DNA of 10,677 bases from Campylobacterota bacterium (GTDB lineage: Bacteria > Campylobacterota > Campylobacteria > Campylobacterales > Sulfurovaceae). Under the pieces are notes generated by a model. The model was not told where the DNA came from and made no database searches. It worked only from the letters and a program-made list of their open reading frames with translations. Shown piece after piece: positions 1 through 9,447 of this stretch (position 1 is its first letter; every line of letters starts with the position of its first letter). The DNA lies in assembly GCA_034722955.1 (NCBI GenBank), contig JAYEOM010000099.1, positions 1 through 10,677 of the forward strand, given 5' to 3'. The translations under genes and the position numbers were made by a program.

Positions 1-1047
1 GAGTATACTAGCGGATACCTCTTTGCGTACAAGAATAGAGGGAGGTATGATACCGCTTTGCATCAACTTCATGATAGAGTTTGAGTGGTAGTGAGTATGG
101 TGATGTTCGCCATGTGGGCATGTCTGTGTACTGACAAGAGTTTTGCAAGTGTCGCAGTAGACATACTCATCAACAGTAGTGATAGTAATGTCTATATCTT
201 TGAGACTATCAAAGATCGTGCTGAGACGATTTTTGTCATAATAGAGTCCCAGTCCTGCATGGTTTTTGCCTATTACTAACTCATTGCAGCCATAATTTTT
301 TGCCAGAAGGGCATCTAGTACCAACTCATTGTATCCTGCAAAGATATAGCTATTTTCAAAAGGAATTATGATTACTTTATTTCTAGGCAGGAAATGATCT
401 ACAAAAGTATTCAATGCATTGTGGCGGATATCATAACGCAATCCATTTGAGGTAAAAGGTTTTCTCAAAAATATAACCATCATATCGGAAGTATTCAGTG
501 CTTGTCGTATCATCCTCTCATGTGCACGATTGAAGGGATTTGATGCTAGCATCATCGCAGAGATATTGGTAGCACCTGTACGGTTGATCATACTTCTGAT
601 ACGGTTTATGTTGTCATCGATGAGAGGATAGTCTACATAGTAGTCACCGCTTACAGCTATATCGCCCAATCTCGCCATGGTATTTTTGACACCTGGATGA
701 GAAAGATCACTGGTGCCATAGATATGATAGAGTCGCTCTTTTGGTACTATCCCAAAAGTTTCATCTACGACTATCTCCCCGACTTTCCCCTCACTGCTCA
801 AGAGATCTAGAGTCTCTCCTTCTGCAGCCGTGAGTAGAACTTCCCTATTTCTCTTTCCCTTTGGAGCAAGGATGAAAGCAAAAGGGTATGGAAAACCTTT
901 GAATATTTTGGCTTTATCGACTTGGTTGGCTATCTCTTTGTTCATCAAACTCACTACCGGTGATATGAGACCTGCCTTGACTAGTGCGAGAGTAGATAGT
1001 GCTTCTGCATCGATATAGAGTGATCTATTTTTTCTTGAAGATGCCAT
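1..1047 (-). CDS. Sulfate adenylyltransferase (ATP sulfurylase)-like protein, Cj1609-type; 3' end runs off the window
   Basis: Not in the ORF track because it has no stop in the window. Manual translation from ATG at 1047 is open to position 1 (349 codons): MASSRKNRSLYIDAEALSTLALVKAGLISPV...SAMMLASNPFNRAHERMIRQAL...YIFAGYNELVLDALLAKNYGCNELVIGKNHAGLGLYY...YVYCDTCKTLVSTQTCPHGEHHHTHYHS...ILVRKEVSASIL. It aligns by eye to Sat motifs (QxRNPxHRAH, KNYGC..IVGRDHAG, CxxC..CPH, RxEV). It follows ispDF and the regulator, as in the C. jejuni Cj1607-Cj1609 order recalled from knowledge. Confidence 0.85.
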   Translation of the reverse strand, partial: MASSRKNRSLYIDAEALSTLALVKAGLISPVVSLMNKEIANQVDKAKIFKGFPYPFAFILAPKGKRNREVLLTAAEGETLDLLSSEGKVGEIVVDETFGIVPKERLYHIYGTSDLSHPGVKNTMARLGDIAVSGDYYVDYPLIDDNINRIRSMINRTGATNISAMMLASNPFNRAHERMIRQALNTSDMMVIFLRKPFTSNGLRYDIRHNALNTFVDHFLPRNKVIIIPFENSYIFAGYNELVLDALLAKNYGCNELVIGKNHAGLGLYYDKNRLSTIFDSLKDIDITITTVDEYVYCDTCKTLVSTQTCPHGEHHHTHYHSNSIMKLMQSGIIPPSILVRKEVSASIL

Positions 1048-1906
1048 ATTTCTTCCTTTTTTCCCATAAGCTTTTTCGAGAGATACCCAATTTTTTGGAT
1101 AGCTCTGTATCTGGAAATTTGTATTGAAAACTGTTGACGATAAATTTGACATAGTCATCGATAGTCAAGATCTCATTCTGGTCATAGAGTTTACTCTCTG
1201 TTCTCAGCTCTATAGTATCAAAATCTGTCTCTATATCAGAGGTTGTTGAGAGGATGAAATCACTATCTTTGATCAGACTGAAGAGCTGCTCCCTCTCTGT
1301 CTTTTTTAGTACTTGAAGCTCAGAGAGGTATAGCAGTGAATTTGCCGATGAGAGTGCTATCTTCTCTTTCCATCCTTTGTCAGCAAGGGGGATGAAGCTC
1401 AGTGGTCTACGGTGAAGCTCTATATAGGAGAAGACTACTTTATCTACAAGTCTAGGGTAGTTTGTCAGGATGACAATGGGTGTTGTGATCTTCTCTATAG
1501 TGATATTTATATTGATATCTTTTAGAAGATTTTGTGTATATTCTGAAAAGAGTGTATTTTGCTGTTTCAACTCTTGATACTCTTTGAAGTGCTCTATTTT
1601 GCGTTGCAACTCTTCGATCATAAATGGCTTGACAATATAGTCTTTGGCTCCCTGCTGTAGCGGTATACTAACTGTATCATTGTTGATATAGCTAACCATG
1701 AGTATAATGATCTTATCTTTAAGTCGTTTGATAAGCGGAGAGGGGTTTTGACCAGGAAGTGTTGTGGAGAGGAGGTAGACATCACCTTCACTATGCAGTG
1801 CCTCTTTGATCAAACTATAGATCTCTGTCTCATAGCCGTTTTCTTGGAGTTTTGAGGAGATACTCTGTGCTAGATAGAGTTCATTTTCTACGATAATAAT
1901 TTTCAT
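1025..1906 (-). CDS. Atypical orphan response regulator, HP1021/Cj1608 family (receiver domain plus C-terminal Fis-type HTH)
   Basis: N-terminal receiver fold (MKIIIVENE...DVYLLS...GAKDYIVKPF) with Ser47 at the phosphoacceptor Asp position. C-terminal DTELSKKLGISRKSLWEKRKKYGI HTH. Directly downstream of ispDF with ATGA overlap, as for HP1020-HP1021 and Cj1607-Cj1608. Confidence 0.88.
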   Translation of the reverse strand: MKIIIVENELYLAQSISSKLQENGYETEIYSLIKEALHSEGDVYLLSTTLPGQNPSPLIKRLKDKIIILMVSYINNDTVSIPLQQGAKDYIVKPFMIEELQRKIEHFKEYQELKQQNTLFSEYTQNLLKDININITIEKITTPIVILTNYPRLVDKVVFSYIELHRRPLSFIPLADKGWKEKIALSSANSLLYLSELQVLKKTEREQLFSLIKDSDFILSTTSDIETDFDTIELRTESKLYDQNEILTIDDYVKFIVNSFQYKFPDTELSKKLGISRKSLWEKRKKYGIFKKK

Positions 1907-3024
1907 TCTTGTGTCCAGTTAAAATATGTTAAGTTTGCGACAGCTTCTACAGCGACTCCCTCTTTTCTACCTAGAGCTCCTAGGTGTTCTGCTGTAGTTG
2001 CTTTGATATTGACAAAATTTGCTCTTATATTTAAAAGTTTTGCTAAGTTTTGTCGCATTCTCTCTTTGTATGGGAGTAGTTTTGGTGCTTGAGCGATGAT
2101 GGTCAAATCAACATTGCCGATAACCAATCCGCAATCTTCTAATTTTTGTACAACATCTAGTAGAAGTCTGCTTGAGTCGATACCTGCATAAGCATCATCT
2201 GTATCGGGATAAAACTCACCGATATCTCCAAATCCAGCAGCCCCTAGAAGGGCATCGATGAGAGCATGAATAGCTACATCTCCATCGCTATGAGCTTTGA
2301 ATCCATAGGATAGATCGATTTTTGTGCCACAGAGCATCATGACCTTTCCCTCTTCAAAAGGGTGAATATCTATACCAAAACCTGTCAGTGTCTGTGCAGA
2401 TGGTCTCTTGAGACAGGGTAGTTTGCTCAAATCCTCTGTAGTTGTGAGTTTGTGAGCACTTTGGGAGCCTTCAACAAAGAGAATTTTCCCTCCATGGGCT
2501 TCGATAGCACTACTCTCATCTGTATAGTCAACCTTTGAGAGGAGAGCTTCTCTTAGAAGTTTTGTACTGGTGAGTTGAGGGGTTTGTATCACTCTTGCAT
2601 TGCTGCGGTCGGCAGGTTTGCCATCTATATATAAAGTATCTACGACAGAGAGAGCCGGAACAATACAATCAGCCTCTCCTTTGGTATCTATTACACGGTG
2701 TATCATCGCTTCATCAAGACAGCATCTTGCTATATCACTGACCAATACATAAGGGGTTTCTACCTCCGCTAGTGCATTTTTCAGAGATGCTTGACGACTG
2801 TTACCACCCTCTACATAGTCAAACTCAGCAAAATATCGCATCAGTTTGATATCCTCTCTAGATGAGACTATTATGACTCTGTCGAACTCATATAGAGATG
2901 AGAAGTGATCACTAACCTGTAGCCACAGAGGCTTATCAGCACTATATAGCCACTGTTTTTTGGGTTTCATTTTGAAGCGTGTTGCAGAGCCTGCACCTAA
3001 AAGTATCAAGGTAATATTAGACAA
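1903..3024 (-). CDS. ispDF: Bifunctional MEP cytidylyltransferase / MECDP synthase IspDF
   Basis: IspD motifs LLGAGSATRF..KKQW, GGNSRQASL, IQTPQ, TDESS, KLTT.EDL. IspF motifs GFGIDIH, AHSDGDVAIHALIDALLGAAG.GDIG..YPDTD, NIKATTAE.LG..GRKEG. Start moved from 3078 to TTG at 3024 because AGGAG (3037-3033) lies 8 nt upstream, giving 373 aa. Confidence 0.95.
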   Translation of the reverse strand: MSNITLILLGAGSATRFKMKPKKQWLYSADKPLWLQVSDHFSSLYEFDRVIIVSSREDIKLMRYFAEFDYVEGGNSRQASLKNALAEVETPYVLVSDIARCCLDEAMIHRVIDTKGEADCIVPALSVVDTLYIDGKPADRSNARVIQTPQLTSTKLLREALLSKVDYTDESSAIEAHGGKILFVEGSQSAHKLTTTEDLSKLPCLKRPSAQTLTGFGIDIHPFEEGKVMMLCGTKIDLSYGFKAHSDGDVAIHALIDALLGAAGFGDIGEFYPDTDDAYAGIDSSRLLLDVVQKLEDCGLVIGNVDLTIIAQAPKLLPYKERMRQNLAKLLNIRANFVNIKATTAEHLGALGRKEGVAVEAVANLTYFNWTQE

Positions 3025-3069
3025 ATCAACTTCTCCTTTGGTAGGGGTCATCCCCAAAAATGTAACGAA

Positions 3070-3075
3070 AGTATA
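3070..3075 (-). promoter_or_regulatory. Putative sigma70 -10 element (TATACT) for the ispDF operon
   Basis: Minus strand reads ...CTTTAGAGTGTATACTTTCG, about 45 nt upstream of the TTG start. Motif match only. Confidence 0.4.
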
Positions 3076-3124
3076 CACTCTAAAGCTTGTAATAATCTTG
3101 GTAATCTATTTAAGAGAAGTATAA

Positions 3125-4596
<1,472 letters not shown>

Positions 4597-4597
<1 letters not shown>

Positions 4598-4653
4598 GGG
4601 TCTAGTGTTGCAAAATCAACTCATTTATGAGTGGATTTTCGACACCTGACCCC
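4597..4653. repeat. 57-bp imperfect palindrome with GGGGTC...GACCCC termini (REP/MITE-like hairpin)
   Basis: Left arm GGGGTCTAGTGTTGCAAAATCAACTCAT. Reverse complement of the right arm is GGGGTCAGGTGTCGAAAATCCACTCAT. Centre is TT, and there is no U-tract after the stem. Confidence 0.75.
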
Positions 4654-4683
4654 ATTATACATTATAAAAATTAAGGAAAATAG

Positions 4684-5799
4684 ATGACAAATGAACAAGT
4701 TTTAGATGCATTGAAAAATGTAACTTATCCAGGATTTACGAAAGATATTGTTGCTTTTGGATTTGTAAACAATATCGCTATAGATGGTGAAAATGTCTCA
4801 TTGAATGTTGATATAACATCGAGTGCCGATGAGGTAAAACTTCAGCTAATCAAAGATATAGAGAGCGAATTGAAAAAAGTAGGCTTTAGTGATGTGACAG
4901 CCAATATCATACAGCCTAAAGCACCACGAGAGATGAGCAACTCTATGAGCGGCAAAAATATAGCACCACAAGTGAAGAACTTCGTGATGGTAAGTTCTGG
5001 AAAAGGTGGTGTTGGCAAATCAACCACTGCGGTCAACCTCGCAATCGCTATGGCGATGCAGGGTAAAAAAGTAGGTCTGCTAGACGCAGATATCTATGGG
5101 CCAAATATCCCTCGTATGATGGGTGTCGATGATCAGAAACCAGAGATCCAAGGTAACAAAGTGATGCCTCTAAAGGCGTATGGTGTAGAGGTGATGTCTA
5201 TGGGTTCTTTGATGGAGCCGGGTCAATCTCTCATCTGGAGAGGTGCTATGATCATGAAAGCTATAGAGCAGTTCCTCAGAGATATCCTCTGGTCTGAGCT
5301 GGATGTATTGGTGATAGATATGCCTCCAGGAACCGGTGATGCTCAGTTGACACTAGCTCAATCCGTACCGGTAACTGCCGGCATAACTGTCACAACACCT
5401 CAAGAGGTCTCTCTAGATGATAGTAGACGATCTCTCGATATGTTCCAAAAGCTTCATATCCCTACAGCAGGTGTCATCGAAAATATGAGCGGATTTATCT
5501 GTCCTGAGTGTGATACTGAGTCTGATATCTTTGGTATGGGAACCACGGCACCTGTAGCAAAAGAGTATGATACAGAGCTTATCGCTCGTATACCTATAGA
5601 GCCTGCTATCAGAATAGGGGGAGATACAGGTATGCCTGTAACTTATCATAACCCAGATAGCCAAACAAGCAAGCGTTATCAAGAGGCAGCTAGTAAACTT
5701 CTATCGTTTATCGACAAGGTCAATATAGAGGGCGGAGCAGACAATCAAGCTATCCAGCCAACAACACCTCCCGGCGTGAGTGCTTGTAGCACAAGCTAA
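4684..5799 (+). CDS. mrp: Mrp/ApbC (NBP35 family) Fe-S cluster carrier ATPase with N-terminal DUF59/MIP18-like domain
   Basis: N-terminal LKNVTYPGFTKDIV.FGFV domain, deviant Walker A SSGKGGVGKST, LLDADIYGPN, IWRG.M, IDMPPGTGDAQL, VTTPQ and ENMS.FICPEC. AAGGA RBS upstream. Confidence 0.95.
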   Translation: MTNEQVLDALKNVTYPGFTKDIVAFGFVNNIAIDGENVSLNVDITSSADEVKLQLIKDIESELKKVGFSDVTANIIQPKAPREMSNSMSGKNIAPQVKNFVMVSSGKGGVGKSTTAVNLAIAMAMQGKKVGLLDADIYGPNIPRMMGVDDQKPEIQGNKVMPLKAYGVEVMSMGSLMEPGQSLIWRGAMIMKAIEQFLRDILWSELDVLVIDMPPGTGDAQLTLAQSVPVTAGITVTTPQEVSLDDSRRSLDMFQKLHIPTAGVIENMSGFICPECDTESDIFGMGTTAPVAKEYDTELIARIPIEPAIRIGGDTGMPVTYHNPDSQTSKRYQEAASKLLSFIDKVNIEGGADNQAIQPTTPPGVSACSTS

Positions 5800-6254
5800 A
5801 TCCCGTTTTTGACTTTTTTAAGATCCTCTGTCCAAAAAAAGTCGATCCACGCTTTTGCTTCTTGAACATACCAGTCAGGATCTATCGAAGCTGTGGGTTT
5901 ATAAAAGAGTACTGCTATTTTAAATGTAACATCTTGGTAGTGTGATCTCATGATCTCCATCACCTCTCTCATCGTATCTCCGCTATCTATGATATCATCG
6001 AGTATTAGTATATTTTTGGCATTTTTTATATCTGGTATATTGAAAATTTTCACTTCATCGAGTTTCTGCTTGTCGTTATACCCTATGGTATTGATAGTAT
6101 AGACTTCACGGATATCATAAAACTCCCCCATCGTATGTCCTAGTGTCATACCTCCGCGACTCAGAGTGATAATAGCATCAAATTGTTCATCAATAAGGTC
6201 TGTAAGCTTATGGCAATCAGAGAGGTACTCACTGTAGCTGTAGTAATAGGGCAT
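5796..6254 (-). CDS. Type I phosphoribosyltransferase (xanthine/guanine PRT-like)
   Basis: ITLSRGG loop, PRPP-binding motif LILDDIIDSGDT and C-terminal W(I)DFFW. Strong AGGAGGAGG RBS (6267-6259). Convergent with mrp, with stops overlapping by 4 nt. Substrate cannot be determined from the sequence. Confidence 0.85.
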   Translation of the reverse strand: MPYYYSYSEYLSDCHKLTDLIDEQFDAIITLSRGGMTLGHTMGEFYDIREVYTINTIGYNDKQKLDEVKIFNIPDIKNAKNILILDDIIDSGDTMREVMEIMRSHYQDVTFKIAVLFYKPTASIDPDWYVQEAKAWIDFFWTEDLKKVKNGI

Positions 6255-6380
6255 CTATCCTCCTCCTATTTTATTTCTGCCTCATAGTATACAACAATAA
6301 AGATATTAAAATATGATATATTAGAGGTTTCCTTAAGCAGATTCAAGTAATATACGATCATAATTGTTAGAAGGATAATA

Positions 6381-6917
6381 TTGATAAATAGTATACGATA
6401 CACACTTTTTTTTCTCTGCTCTGCACTGCTCTTTGCTCAGGGTGAAGTGAAACTTCCTATGGGTTTTCATGCAAGCTTTGTACAGACTATCACAAATGAT
6501 CAGAAGAAAAAGATCATCTATAGAGGCAAGATAGACTTCTCTTCCCCTGAGAATTTCAAATGGCACTATACTTCACCAACAAAAAAAGAGGTCTGTACAG
6601 ATGGTACAGAGCTACTGGTAGTTGACCATGATCTAGAGCAGGTATCATATTATGTGATGGATGGGGAGTTGGATCTGCCTGCTATACTCAAAGAGTCAAA
6701 ACTACATAGAAAATCTGTCTATATAGCTACGCATAGAGGTAAAAACTATACTATACAGGTCAACAAAAGAGGAGAGCTGAGTCGTATCGCCTATATGGAC
6801 AATCTGGACAATACCGTATTGATCGTTTTTTCAAATATGAAATATAGAAAAAAGAGATTTTCTACTAACCGTATGAAGTGTCACACACCTAAGAACTATG
6901 ACTATATAGGCGGATAG
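6381..6917 (+). CDS. lolA: LolA-like outer membrane lipoprotein carrier
   Basis: Signal peptide, F.ASFVQTIT....KKI.Y.G, FKWHY.SP.KKEV..DG..L.VVDHDLEQV and Y.D.LDN.V.I.F, a typical epsilonproteobacterial LolA pattern. TTG start after AAGGA. Confidence 0.8.
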   Translation: MINSIRYTLFFLCSALLFAQGEVKLPMGFHASFVQTITNDQKKKIIYRGKIDFSSPENFKWHYTSPTKKEVCTDGTELLVVDHDLEQVSYYVMDGELDLPAILKESKLHRKSVYIATHRGKNYTIQVNKRGELSRIAYMDNLDNTVLIVFSNMKYRKKRFSTNRMKCHTPKNYDYIGG

Positions 6918-6918
6918 T

Positions 6919-8316
6919 ATGGAGTTTATACTAAACTACATAACAGATGAGTCACAGCGTCTATTTCTTTTGGGTGTTTTGACTGTGATCATCTTGACGA
7001 TAGCTTTGGTGATTGTCATCTTTATCAGTAGGATTATGTTTCTCAAGCATCAGCTTTTTGATGGAAAGGTGATAGATGTAGAGAAGGATAGAGAGATCAG
7101 CAGACTTCAAGAGCAGTATCGAATAACAGAGATCAAAAATGGTGAACTAGAGGAGGAGCTTCAGGTTCTCAATAATACAAAAGATGCACTCAAATCAAAA
7201 AAACAGCTGATACTAAAGATGCAAGAGAAGATCATATATCTAGAAGAGAGTCTAAGAGAACATCTTGTAGCAGCCGAAGCAGAGAGTAGGGATTTGCAAA
7301 CTTTGACTTTCAAGTATAAAAGTTTACAAAAACGAAATGAATTTCTCATCGATGAAAATAGACAATTTCGCTCTATAAATATGAAATATACTCTGAAAGT
7401 CAGAGATCAAGATCGACGCATATTTGAGAAGTTGATGGCAGCACAGGGCAATAAAGAGGAGCATCGTAGAGAGATAGAGATATTGGCAAGTAGGAGTTTG
7501 GATAAAAATCAGCAACTCTTTGATCTGTTAAACAGTGATCCGGTATCCGAATCTATCTTGTCACTTTCAGATGATATAGTACAGTATAAGAGTGAGTTGA
7601 TCTATGGGTATGAGAAGAGATTCTCCAAAGATAAAAATCTTCAGAGTGATATATTTTTGCAATCGAGACTCTATCAGCAGATAGAGGATGACACATATAG
7701 GCTTTTGGATATATCTAAAGATGAGAAAAAACTTGAGACTTTAGGAGAGCAGATCGTAGAGCATATATTGGATCTATCACAGATCGATAGAGAGAAGATT
7801 ATCCGAGAGGATGAAGAGTCTACCGGTATACTGCTGCCTAATCATCAAAAGATAGTGATAGATGCAACTTTCTCTATAGGCTCTTATGAAGTCTATAGAG
7901 ATACGATAGTAAAGTCAAAGAGAGAGCTTGCTTTGAGAGACTATATAGAGTCGTTTAAAAAACATATTGATCTTATGAAAAGATCTCTGTCGCAGGGTGA
8001 GTATAGAGTGATACTGATCCCTACCCAAGAGGCTCTGAGGGTAGTGCTCAAAAATGAAGAGCGTCTCTACGATCAACTATCCAAGAGGGGTCTACTGCTT
8101 GTATCACCGACAACACTACTGGTCACTTTGCAAAATATTGCTATACTTTGGGAGTACCATCGTCACTATAAACACTCAAGCGACATAGGTATAGTAGTTG
8201 AAGAGTTATATGCAAAGTTTTTAAAGTTTGGTAAAGAGATCAGTGTGGTTTCACAAAATCTAGAGATGATACAGGGGAGTCTCCCCGTAAATACCGATAA
8301 AAATAGGAGTATATAG
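6919..8316 (+). CDS. RmuC-family-like membrane-anchored coiled-coil protein with degenerate nuclease-like domain
   Basis: N-terminal TM helix and long coiled coil. RmuC-like C-terminal segments: GEQIVEHIL, LLP....IVID..FS..SY, VILIPTQEAL, LVSPTTLLVTLQNIAILW and LYAKF..F. Confidence 0.7.
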   Translation: MEFILNYITDESQRLFLLGVLTVIILTIALVIVIFISRIMFLKHQLFDGKVIDVEKDREISRLQEQYRITEIKNGELEEELQVLNNTKDALKSKKQLILKMQEKIIYLEESLREHLVAAEAESRDLQTLTFKYKSLQKRNEFLIDENRQFRSINMKYTLKVRDQDRRIFEKLMAAQGNKEEHRREIEILASRSLDKNQQLFDLLNSDPVSESILSLSDDIVQYKSELIYGYEKRFSKDKNLQSDIFLQSRLYQQIEDDTYRLLDISKDEKKLETLGEQIVEHILDLSQIDREKIIREDEESTGILLPNHQKIVIDATFSIGSYEVYRDTIVKSKRELALRDYIESFKKHIDLMKRSLSQGEYRVILIPTQEALRVVLKNEERLYDQLSKRGLLLVSPTTLLVTLQNIAILWEYHRHYKHSSDIGIVVEELYAKFLKFGKEISVVSQNLEMIQGSLPVNTDKNRSI

Positions 8317-8667
8317 ATGAAAAGAGTAACAGTGTGGCATAACCCAAGATGTAGTAAATCCAGAGCAGTTATGACTCTCTTGGAAGAGAGTGGAGTTGAG
8401 ATCGAAGTTGTGAAGTATCTCGATGAGTCGTTGAGTGTAGAGAGAGTAGGAAAACTTCTCGATCAGCTGGGGCTTGAACCTAGAGCATTGATGCGCACTA
8501 AAGAGCAGATATATAGAGAGCTGAACCTCAAAGATGAGAGTGATCCGCAAAAACTGATAGAGGCTATGGCAGCTAACCCCAAGCTGATAGAGAGACCTAT
8601 CGTGATCAGAGATGGCAAAGCTGTAGTAGGAAGACCTATCGAAAATGTGATAGAGCTCATTGGATAG
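8317..8667 (+). CDS. arsC: Arsenate reductase, glutaredoxin-type ArsC family
   Basis: WHNPRCSKSR catalytic motif, VKYL, LMRTKE, NPKLIERPIV and GRP. No arsR/arsB/acr3 in the window. Confidence 0.85.
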   Translation: MKRVTVWHNPRCSKSRAVMTLLEESGVEIEVVKYLDESLSVERVGKLLDQLGLEPRALMRTKEQIYRELNLKDESDPQKLIEAMAANPKLIERPIVIRDGKAVVGRPIENVIELIG

Positions 8668-8676
8668 GTTGATATT

Positions 8677-9408
8677 TTGAAATTTTTTTTAGTTATAGTT
8701 ATGGTGTTCTCCTCCTTGTGGGGAAAAGAGAGTAGTTATAGTATCGCAAAGATACCAGAGGCATCAGGTATCAGCTACTGTAGAGATAGTGATACTCTCA
8801 TTGTGGCCAATGATGAGGGGTGGTACTATGAGATAACTACAGATGGCGATATAGTGACAAAGAGACGAGTTGGCAACTATGATCTAGAGGGTGTGGTTTG
8901 CGAAGAGGATAGATTTCTATTTGCTATCGAAGATAGAGGTATCTTAATAGTAGATCGCAAAACAGAGAGAGCAAAAGTACTGGAGATAGATAGTACCTAT
9001 AGAGGTAAAAAACTGAAACTCTTTGACAAAAAGAGCGGTATAGAGGGGATAGCAAAAGTAGATGATCTCTACTATCTCTCCAAGCAGTCAAAGAAGAAAA
9101 ACAACTCTTTTGTAGTAGCTGTAGAGTTAGATCGTTATCATAATAAGATCGTTGATAAGATCAAACACAAAATTCCTGATACTGCCGGGCTTGACTACCA
9201 TAATGGGTCGCTATATATGGTAAGTGACAAAAAAGATCTTCTGGTTCGATATGATTTGAAAAAAAAGAGGGTGATCTGCAAGATGAAGCTACCTTCGTCT
9301 GCACAGGAGGGTATCGCTTTTGATAAGAAGCACCTATATATAGCGGATGATGATGGGCAGGTACTAAAGTACAGAACCAAAGATATAGGCGGAGAGTGTT
9401 TCAAATAA
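8677..9408 (+). CDS. Secreted beta-propeller protein, YjiK / SdiA-regulated-domain-like
   Basis: Signal peptide and repeated blade motifs EASGISY, DLEGVV, GIEGIA, TAGLDY and QEGIAFD..LYIADD. Confidence 0.65.
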   Translation: MKFFLVIVMVFSSLWGKESSYSIAKIPEASGISYCRDSDTLIVANDEGWYYEITTDGDIVTKRRVGNYDLEGVVCEEDRFLFAIEDRGILIVDRKTERAKVLEIDSTYRGKKLKLFDKKSGIEGIAKVDDLYYLSKQSKKKNNSFVVAVELDRYHNKIVDKIKHKIPDTAGLDYHNGSLYMVSDKKDLLVRYDLKKKRVICKMKLPSSAQEGIAFDKKHLYIADDDGQVLKYRTKDIGGECFK

Positions 9409-9410
9409 TA

Positions 9411-9440
9411 TGCTATACTTCCATCGTCTATTAACAGGAG
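9411..9440 (+). promoter_or_regulatory. Extended -10 promoter (TGCTATACT) and RBS (AGGAG) of galU
   Basis: TGnTATACT at 9411-9419. AGGAG at 9436-9440, 7 nt before the ATG at 9448. Confidence 0.55.
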
Positions 9441-9447
9441 AGATGAG

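Noticed and set aside
85..1018. Short + strand ORFs 85..279 and 830..1018
   Set aside because: Antisense shadows of the Sat-like CDS (1047 to <1), with no recognisable motifs.
3025..3078. N-terminal extension of IspDF in the ORF track (start 3078)
   Set aside because: It overlaps the putative -10 and leader hairpin. The SD-supported TTG at 3024 matches the normal IspD N-terminus.
6406..6413. T8 tract in the lolA signal peptide (and A8 at 9259-9266) as phase-variation sites
   Set aside because: Short A/T runs are expected in AT-rich DNA and both frames are intact. Campylobacterota contingency loci are usually longer poly-G/C tracts.
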